Assembly (NCBI GenBank): GCA_054661495.1
Contig: BAAFSQ010000110.1
Location: 1-29,873, forward strand
Length of the DNA stretch: 29,873 bases
Origin: Zygophlyctis sp. KS116
Lineage: Eukaryota > Fungi > Chytridiomycota
Direction: 5' to 3'
A model generated the notes under the pieces. The model was not told where the DNA came from. It saw only the letters and a program-made list of their open reading frames with translations, and searched no databases. Below, piece after piece: positions 19,057-29,873 of the stretch. Every line of letters begins with the position of its first letter. Position 1 is the stretch's first letter. Both the position numbers and the translations under genes were made by a program.

Positions 19057-19717
19057 ATGTGTGGTAGAACTGCTCTTTATCTTGAGCCAGATCAGATAGT
19101 GCAAGAGACAGGAATAGAAACCTGGAAAAATTCATCTTACTATCATGCATCATATAATGGTATATAAGTAATGTCTGATTAAAGTGGCACCGACATCATA
19201 TCAACCAGTCATCAGAAGAGAGGGGAATGATCAAATACTTGATTGCATTAGATGGGGTATCCGGCTTAATAATAAAAATGTTATCAATACTAGGAGTGAC
19301 GCTATAGATAGTCCGTTTTGGGCATCAAAGAATAGATGTATTGTCTTATGTCAAGGATACTATGAATGGGCTGATTCGCCTTTTTATATTTCTAAATCTC
19401 ATGAATTATTGTATCTAGCAGGTTTATATTCAAGTCCTAAAGATGATTATTCTGGATATACTATTGTTACTATTGAGGCTACTCCTCAACTTGAATCTAT
19501 ACATCATAGGATGCCATTAGTTCTTAAATCTCGTAGAATGGTTGAAATGTGGATCAATCATGAAATTTCAATAGATAATTTGCAATCGGTAAAAGATCTT
19601 GATGTTAGAGAAGTTGGTAGATCAGTAAATAAAGTTGGTAATAATTCGCCAACTTGCATAGAAAAAGTTAAGGGGAAAACTCTTATTACAGACTTCTTTA
19701 AGCCTGCATCAAAATAG
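19057..19717 (+). CDS. HMCES: SRAP-domain abasic-site processing protein (HMCES/YedK family)
   Basis: N-terminal MCGR with catalytic Cys2 (exon missed by the track), YN|VAPT, GYYEW, IHHRMPLVL and a C-terminal PIP-like LITDFF. Intron 19160-19184. Confidence 0.9.
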
Positions 19718-19737
19718 AACTTGATTAGAAAAAGTTA

Positions 19738-21738
<2,001 letters not shown>

Positions 21739-21813
21739 TTTAAACCTAATTCTATTCCTGCGGATGAAAAAAAGTAAAAAAATGAAAAATTGTATGTAAA
21801 TTTGCACAACTGA

Positions 21814-23490
21814 TCATAACCCTTTGCGTTTCTTGTCTCTGTTTCCATCACTTAATACACGTTGAATTTCTAGTTCTAGATTCTTGTTTGATGCATGCAA
21901 TTTCTTCATCTCAAACTGATATCCTAGACTAGAATTTTCTGTGATTGGTAGGAATATATCAACGTATAATGCAGTAGAGGGGTAAAGGACATCAGGAGTG
22001 ACAGATTCTCCATTACCTAGAGAGTCTATAACAGATTTGATCCTGAGATAAATAAGTGACGCGCAAGGATATATGCAAACTGCCAATTGTTCTCCAGAAT
22101 TTGAATTCACAGAAAGTAAAATAGGACAATTTATAGTAGCTTTAGCTAGAGCATTTTTGAGATCCAAGATACTCTTTGGTAATAAATATTCATAAATAGA
22201 GGTTCCAAATAACTTTGAATTCATTGTACCAAAAGGATTATAAGAACACGCTGTAGATGCAAAGAGAATTAATCCATAAAAAGATATCTTGATCCAAAAA
22301 TCAGAAGGATGATCCAAAAAGACTAGATTGTCTACCAACATCCTGTGAGGCAATGTACCTCTTTGTTGAAGTCTTCCAGATAATAAAAAGCACTTTATTC
22401 TTTTACTGTTTGGAATTTCAAATTTTTGACCAGTAACATCTAACCAAATATACCCAAAATATTTTGTTTTAAACCTGTACATTGTAGATATTTTTTCTCC
22501 AACATTTGAACCTTTTAATTCCTTCATTAGTGATCCAAAATCTCCAGGATGACAAAATTCAGCGATAGCTTTACCAATCAGTTCCCTTGATTCATACTGT
22601 AATGAATCATTCCTAAAACTTTCAGATACATATAGTATTAAGCCTCTTGAAGATAATATATGAATAAAATCTACTGATTCATTTATATCCTGTTCTGCAA
22701 AAACAGAATCTACATCAAGAGATATAGAGTCACTTAAACTTATATCTGAAATTTCAAGCATACTAGGAATTTTCTTGACTGGCGCTTGAGTTAAAGAAGG
22801 AAATCGTAGAGGTTCCTGTTGCGAATCTGTTTTAGATCCATAAGTTTCAATAATGAAATCTGGAAGATTTTCTAGAGTTTGATTATTATAATTAACGACA
22901 TATTTATCATCTATTTTGTGAAATACAATCATTTACCAGAAAGCCTATTTAGAATAGAATGAGATTGTTCTAATAAGTCTACTTGAAATCCTACAAAATG
23001 AGTTACTATTCCAGATTTCTCATCTAACGAGACTGGAATGACTGTAATCAAATTCACAAATGGCTGAATTTTAACAAAGATTTCCTTACTTCACCAGACT
23101 TTTTATAGTTGACATTCAAAAACTGACACTCTTTTGCAGTTTCTATATGTTTCTTCATCTCATACACCACCTGAGTATCTGCAAACTTCCTCGTTTCCCC
23201 CTTCCTGACGTCTCCTCCCGGCGCTTGTAAAAAACGACTACATTTAAAGACAAAAAGTACCAATTCTTCCCCAATATTTCTTCGGCCTTGTAGCCAGTAA
23301 GATTTTCAAATGTGCTAGACACATAAACTATCGGATAGTCTTCTCTAAGAGCGTCAGAGACAACAAAAGAACAGGAAAGATCAATTGGTCCGAGGTCAAT
23401 CGTCGGATTATTGCGTGAGGATATTTTAGATAAAACAGCCAACAGATCAAACCCAGAATTAGAATATAGTCCATAGAATGAATCGCTCAT
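21814..23490 (-). CDS. wc-1: White collar-1-like blue-light photoreceptor (LOV-PAS-PAS, no GATA zinc finger), about 533 aa
   Basis: WC-1 N-cap YSNSGFDLLAVLSKISSRNNPTIDLGPIDLSCSFVV, spliced GKNC|RFLQ, NYKKSGE|PFVNLITVIPV, FVGFQVD, PAS-B (DFIHILSSRGLILYVS..FCHPGD), then YQFEMKKL and a basic KKRK end. Introns 23238-23260, 23064-23089, 22911-22936. Confidence 0.88.
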
Positions 23491-23530
23491 TGTAGAATTT
23501 AAAAAAAAAGAAAATTTCCGCTAAAATTGA

Positions 23531-25006
23531 TTATAATCGACTGTTTGATTCAAGAATCCATTTTGCAATTGAAAATCCTGTATCAGAATAGCAATTACTG
23601 GGATATCTAATTTCATTCACTATTTCCATTCCTGATGGACGTATCATGACTGGTTTCTTGTGTGAAAATAAGTCATACCCCCATTTTCCATGATATCCTC
23701 CATTCATTCCAGATAATCCTACTCCGCCAAATGGAAGGGATTGTACAGATTTATCTACTAATACATCATTCACAAGTACTGATCCAGAGCAAGTTTCATT
23801 AATTACTCTCTCAATAATTGGTGTTTTTGAAGAAAAGATATATAGCGCAAGTGGTTTTTCACTATGATTAAAAAAGACAGAAATTACCGGCTAGAGATAT
23901 AATTAATAGCTTCATCAATGTTTTTTACAATCAGGACAGGTAGAAAAGGACCAAATATTTCTTCAGCCATTATAGGATTCAACTTTAAGTCTATTCCAAC
24001 ATTGGAAAGTATTGTAGGTTCCATAAAAAGTGTATTTTTATCCATCTTACCACCATCAACAATGGTAGAGGGATTTTTTTCCAATTGTTGATCAAATAAG
24101 AGTTTTAGACGATCAAAGTGTCTAGTATTTACTATTTTTCCATAATTTGTATTAGATTTTATATCTTGTCCATATAATTCTTTTACTGAAGCTACCAGAC
24201 TTGATATAAATGATTTTGCTACTGATTCATGTACAAGAACATAATCAGGAGCAATACACGTTTGTCCACAGTTTACAAATTTACCCCAACAAATCCTTTT
24301 TGCAGCTGTTTTTGGATTAACACTATCATCAACAATAACAGGACTTTTTCCTCCTAGTTCCAAAGTAACTGGAGTCAAATTCTTTGCACCTGCTAAATAT
24401 ACTATTTTTCCTACTGCAGGATTACCTGTATAAAAAATATAATCAAATTTAACAGTAAGAAGTTGAGTAGTTTCATTTACACCTCCATTTATAACAACTA
24501 CACCCTTTGGATCACAATATTTAGAGACTAATTTTTGAATTAATGCAGCTGTATTTGAGGAAACTTCTGATGGTTTCATAACCACTGTGTTCCCAGCTGC
24601 AATGGCTGCAATTGCTGGTCTTAGTAATAATTCCAAAGGACTAGAAATAAATTTAAAAAATATACTAATTCCATGCTCCAATTACTAAAACAAGGCCAAA
24701 TGGTTCACGTCTTAACTGACAGGAATCAAAAAGAGTAAAAACTCCCTGTCCGGATGCTGATTCTGGCTCCATCCAACTTTTCAATTTTTTAGAAAATAAT
24801 GCCAAATCATTCTTTAGCTGTAACAATTCAAAAATGTACGTTTCTCTATGACATTTTCCTAAATCTGCATAAACTGCTTCCGATAATTCTGTTTCGTGTT
24901 TAACCAAAATAGTATTTATTGCCCTCAACTGTTCTATTCTCCATTGAAGAGTTTTACTTTTACCAGACTGAAAAGTCTCTCTTAAACCAGCGATTGTCTC
25001 AAACAT
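23531..25006 (-). CDS. Fatty aldehyde dehydrogenase (ALDH3/HFD1 family)
   Basis: EPFGLVLVIGAWNY|P, KPSE, FYTG, LELGGKSP, GQTCIAPDY (catalytic Cys), EEIFGP and PFGGVG. C-terminus is -SRL. Introns 24641-24665, 23862-23887. Confidence 0.92.
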
Positions 25007-25451
25007 TTTGATAAAAACAGGAAAAATTTGATGCGCTGACAGATGCCACAAGCTGTAGAAACCCGAATCAGTCAACTTTTATGGCTGATGGATCATGATG
25101 CAACAATATAAATTCAAAAACTCTGTCGACTATCGATCTTAGATCAAGGATGAAACGGATCCATGCATTAAACGACGGCTTCAACTAAAGTACGTCCGCG
25201 TTGAGGTCAATTCACAAGAGAAATGAAGCAGTATCTGCTGCTATGGTCAAGGAAAAGCAGGCGAAATTATTTGCCGATTTTTTCGCGCTAGTAATAAATT
25301 CCTAAATTCCGACTGACTTTGAAAGAGTAATAAAACGCGTTCGCGTCCTTTAGAGGAATTAAATTCAATTCTAAGGCTAAAGGTAAATAAATTCAATTCT
25401 AATTCTCTAAGTATTCTACAACCGTAACTGTTACAAGAAATTAGACTTATC

Positions 25452-28400
25452 ATGGCAGAAAAAAAAGAAGAGATTGAAATGAAACAAATTCCTGAAAAAG
25501 ACAAGTTAGCGCCGGTGTCATTTGGAACTCTATTTAGATATGCTTCTACTGCTGATATTCTCCTGATGCTGGCAGGTGTTATTTCTGCACTGACAGCAGG
25601 ATCAGCCTTTCCATTGACGACTGTTGTTTTTGGTATAATCTATTGATTGATAAATAGGTCAATTAATTGATGTTTTTGCAAAATGGGAAGCACAGAAAGC
25701 ATTTCCAGAAAATCCAAAAACACTTACAGCAGAGGATTTGGTACAACAAGTGTCATCAAATACTTTATTTTTCCTGTATTTAGCTATCGCAACTCTTGTC
25801 TTGACTTATATTTATATGGGCACATTTATTTGGACTGCAGAAAGGCAAACTCATCATATTAGGCAAAAGTATTTAGAAGCTGTACTTCGACAAAATGTTT
25901 CATTTTTTGATGATCAAGGGGCAGGAGAGACTTCAGTGAGGATTACTAGCGATACTCTCTTGATCCAAGATGGGATAGGGGAAAAAATTCCATTGGCTTT
26001 AAATCAGCTTGCAACATTCTTGTCTGGTTTTGTGATTGCATTTATAACGTCGTGGCAATTGACATTGGTGCTAATGTCTGCGATTCCATTTATTGCTATT
26101 TCTGGGGGAATAATGGGCGTCATGAATGGGAAATTTCAAACTAGAATTTTGACTCTATATTCTGCTGCTGGAAGTTATGCAGAGGAGAGTATATCTGCAA
26201 TAAGAACTGTAGTGGCTTTTGGAGCTCAAGAAAAAATGTCAAAAAGATATAATAAATCTTTGGCTGATGCAAGAGACGAAGGTATAAAGAAATCTATTTC
26301 AACTGGGGTCGGATTTGGTGCATTGTTCTTTTTTGTGTATGTTTTCACTAATATTCTAATTAAAGCTATTGCTGTTATTCATTGGCTTTTTATTTTGGTG
26401 CAAAACTTCTTGCCTCCAACACAATTACATCAGGGCAAGTTGTTAGTGTCTTTTTTGCAGTTTTGATTGGTGCTTTTGCTTTGGGGCAGATTGCTCCTGA
26501 TTTACAGGCGTTTTCGTTTGCAAAAAGTGCAGGTGCCAAAATTTTCTATACTATAGATCGTGTCCCAGAAATTGATCCATATTCTTCTGCAGGGCATACT
26601 ATAGAGCCGGAAAATTTGAAGGGAAAATTGGAATTGAAATCTGTTTGTTTTCAATATCCATCGCGTCCAAATATTCCAATCTTGAAGGATGTTAGTCTAG
26701 TCGTAGAGGCAGGGTCAACGGTTGCTCTTGTTGGACAGAGTGGTTCTGGCAAGTCTACAATTATACAATTATTGGAACGATTTTATGATCCGAAATCAGG
26801 AGTCGTTGAAATGGACGGATTTCCAATTAAAAAACTCAATTTAGCCTGGTTTAGGCGACAAGTTGGAATTGTATCTCAAGAGCCAACTCTATTTGAAGGT
26901 ACTGTTGGAGAAAATGTTGGACATGGGCTCATTGGATCGAGATGGGAAAGTGAATCTGCTGACGCAAGACAAAAACTGATTGAAGAAGCATGCATTCAGG
27001 CAAACGCTCATGATTTTATACAAAAATTACCACAAGGCTATGAAACACCTGTTGGAGAGCGAGGTCAATTGTTGTCGGTAATTTTACTTATTTATAAACG
27101 GTTCAGGGTGGTCAGAAGCAACGCATTTGTATTGCCAGAGCCATAATTAAGAATCCTAAAATACTCCTGCTTGATGAAGCCACTTCTGCTTTAGATACAA
27201 CATCTGAAAGGATAGTGCAAGACGCCTTGAATAAGGCTTCTGAAGGCCGAACGACAGTTGTTATTGCCCATAGACTAAGCACAATTAAAAATGCGGATAT
27301 GATTATTGTTATGATTGGAGGGGAAATTATCGAATCTGGTACGCATGATTCTTTGCTTGCTCAAGAGACTTCATTCTACTCAAGATTGGTCGAGGCTCAG
27401 GCATTGGCCGCTAAAAAAGAGGTTATAGAGGTGATTGAAAACATTCCTTTAGAGTCTTATCCGGACGAGCCTCCCTCTGCTCATCTAAATGAAACGGAAT
27501 ACCTGAGTACGAATTCCAAAATTATAATTGGATCAAGTCCAAGACTTTTAGAGGGACATTCAAGCGAAAAACTAACGAATTGGAGGATTGTACGGGAAAT
27601 CGCTAAGATAAATCTACCAGAAATTAAATATACTATACCTGCCCTTTTTGCATCAATTCTCAGTGGAATGGTCATTCCGTTTTTTGCTCTTATTTTTGGG
27701 ACTATCATTCAAGTCTTTTCCGAAAAAGGCCAAAAATTGGAGACAGATTCTAATTTTTGGGCAGTTATGTTCCTGATTTTGGCAATAGTAATACTGGTAT
27801 CTTCATTTTTTCAGGTATATATATTTAATCTGATATTTTATTAGTATGCACTTTTTGGAATGGCCGCGGAATATCTAACCGAGAGGATCAGACAGATGGT
27901 GTTTTTTACAATTCTGAAGCAAGATGTTGAATTTTTTGATTTACAGGAGCATGCAACCGGAATCTTAACATCTAGCTTATCATCTGATGCTCAAAAAATT
28001 CAAGGGCTTACTGGTGTATCTCTTGGTACTTTACTTCAGATTGGAACGAATCTGGTTGGTGGGGTGATTATTTCTCTTATTTACGGTTGGAAATTAGCGC
28101 TAGTTGGAATGGCTGTTCTGCCCTTTATGATTTTGGCTGGCGCATTAAGATTGCAGGTATTGACATACTTTGCTGAAAAGTCAAAAAATGCCTATGAAAG
28201 AAGTGCTCAAGTTGCATGCGAAGCAGTCGCTGCAATTCGGACAGTTCAATCTCTTACCAGGGAACGTGACGTTCATTCCAAATATATGAAATTATTAGAA
28301 AATCCCCTTAAAGATGGTTTCAAAAATGCTTGGACCAACACCATACTCTATGCTTTTGCGCAAAGTGCCAATTTTATGGTCAACGCTTTAGTATTCTGGT

Positions 28401-29393
28401 ATGGTGGGAGATTAATTGCGTATGAAGGATACGATTTAAAAAACTTTTTTACCGTTTTTACGGTAAGCTTTGGATATATACTTATTTTAGGCGATAATAT
28501 TTGGATCAATGAGTGCAGGCAGAATTTTTGCTGCTGCTCCAGACTTTGCCAAAGCCGTTGAAGCCGGGGGAAATGTTTTGAAACTCTTATTCAGCCGCCC
28601 ATTAATTGATCCTTTCAAGAAGCAGGGTCACGAGCTCACTAAAATGTCGGGAAGCCTGGAATTTCGTAATGTCCAGTTTAATTATCCTACCCGGCCACAT
28701 TTAAAAGTTATTCAAGGTCTGAATATCAAAGTACTTCCTGGACAATTTGCTGCGTTTGTTGGACCCTCTGGATGTGGTAAATCAACCACTGTTGGTCTGA
28801 TTGAGCGTTTCTATGACCCAATCTCTGGATCAATAGTTGTAGATGGAATGGATATTTCAACTCTAAATTTGTCTAATTATCGTTCATATCTAGGCCTTGT
28901 ATCACAAGAACCCAATTTATTCGATCTTTCAGTAAAGGAAAATATTATATTTGGCTGCAATACTGCTCCATCTCAAGAAGATATTGAAGCAGCTGCTAAA
29001 AAGGCAAATATCCATGATTTTATTATTGGACTTCCCAATGGCTATAATACAAATCTTGGTGCCAAGGGAGGTCAATTATCTGGTGGTCAAAAACAACGAA
29101 TTGCCATTGCTAGAGCACTTGTCCGGAATCCTAAAATTCTTCTTTTGGATGAAGCAACTTCTGCATTAGACGCAGAGTCTGAAAAAATAGTACAAACAGC
29201 TCTTGATGAAGCAGCAAAGGGCCGTACAACAATTGCAATCGCACATAGACTGTCCTCAATTCAAAATGCAGACATTATCTATGTTTTTAAAGATGGTGCT
29301 GTAGCAGAGTCAGGAACTCATCAAGAACTTCTTCAATTACAAGGACTTTATCATGAGTTGGTTGTGCAGCAAGACATGACGAAGGGAAAATAA
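25452..29393 (+). CDS. Full-size ABCB (MDR1/P-glycoprotein-like) transporter
   Basis: Two TMD-NBD halves, Walker [10 protein letters not shown] and [11 protein letters not shown]|GGQKQR and LSGGQKQR signatures, [11 protein letters not shown] twice. Introns 25633-25657, 26337-26365, 27078-27106, 27815-27844, 28463-28490. Confidence 0.95.
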
Positions 29394-29416
29394 AATTATA
29401 TTAAAAATCACAAAAT

Positions 29417-29764
29417 ATGACTTTAAAGAAAAGACTTAATCCATGGTCAGAGAGCTTTTCCTCTAGTCTAAAATACTCTAAAAGCTCCAGTCCTCAACTG
29501 AAACCATTATCAGGTAATAATACTATTGTAAAACTTAGCCATTCTATCGTGGAAAAGCGTCCATAATTGCGGACATGATGCAGAATATATACCTTGTATC
29601 TCTTGTAAAACCAAATGCTGTAATAAGTGCCAGAGAACATGCATCAACTGCAACGGAAAAATGTGTTCAATGTGCACATTTACTGCGACTGATGGGTAAG
29701 ATACTCAATGCTCAAGGATAGAGAGAATGATTCATGTAGTAAATGCATTGATTCATGCAGTTAA
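29417..29764 (+). CDS. SIVA-like small Cys-rich zinc-binding protein (98 aa); not in the ORF track
   Basis: Exons 29417-29513, 29539-29695 and 29722-29764 give MTLKKRLNPW...CISCKTKCCNKCQRTCINCNGKMCSMCTFTATDG|ENDSCSKCIDSCS. The Cys spacing resembles the SIVA1 C-terminal zinc-binding region. Confidence 0.65.
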
Positions 29765-29873
29765 TGTATTTAGAATAAACTAAGACTTGCAGATTAATGT
29801 ATGAACTGTATGTAGTCCCTCGCCGCAATCATAAATCTTTAAATGCCTGGTATCTTTCTTTCAACTCAACATA

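Noticed and set aside
25007-25451. Hidden gene or snoRNA in the longest remaining intergenic region
   Set aside because: No spliceable ORF or paired C/D boxes with an rRNA guide were found by eye. It is best read as the ALDH3/ABCB divergent promoter, possibly with a 5' UTR mini-intron near 25383-25410.
29765-29873. Possible 3' exon of a minus-strand gene entering from beyond the window
   Set aside because: An open frame exists, but it has no recognisable motif and there is too little sequence to support a call.

Overview
Eukaryotic, AT-rich, very compact nuclear DNA. It most likely comes from a zoosporic (chytrid-like) fungus: it carries fungal-type LCB1, CAS1, WC-1 and snoRNAs together with the flagellar/centriolar genes PACRG and CEP131. 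The taxonomy is inferred, not proven. The ORF track is fragmented because genes are split by about 63 ultra-short spliceosomal introns (23-33 nt by hand count). Splicing them out gives 21 intact genes: LCB1, CEP131, MAK16, CAS1, an S1-domain protein, a stand-alone FHA protein, UreD, two tandem orphan membrane proteins, a GLI/PacC-type zinc finger protein, BORCS6-like, attractin/MEGF8-like, PACRG, Rab5, TMEM209, HMCES/SRAP, DED1, a WC-1-like LOV-PAS-PAS protein, ALDH3, an ABCB transporter and SIVA-like. BORCS6-like and SIVA-like are absent from the ORF track. The ORF-free stretch 8417-9260 is a minus-strand box C/D snoRNA cluster in yeast order (snR78-77-76-75-74-73), with five snoRNAs each in its own intron between very short exons. 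A seventh snoRNA (snR79-like) sits in the only long intron of a protein-coding gene (DED1). Intergenic space is nearly absent: three convergent CDS pairs overlap, and several starts lie 20-25 nt from a neighbouring gene. All family assignments come from recognised motifs; no database search was run.
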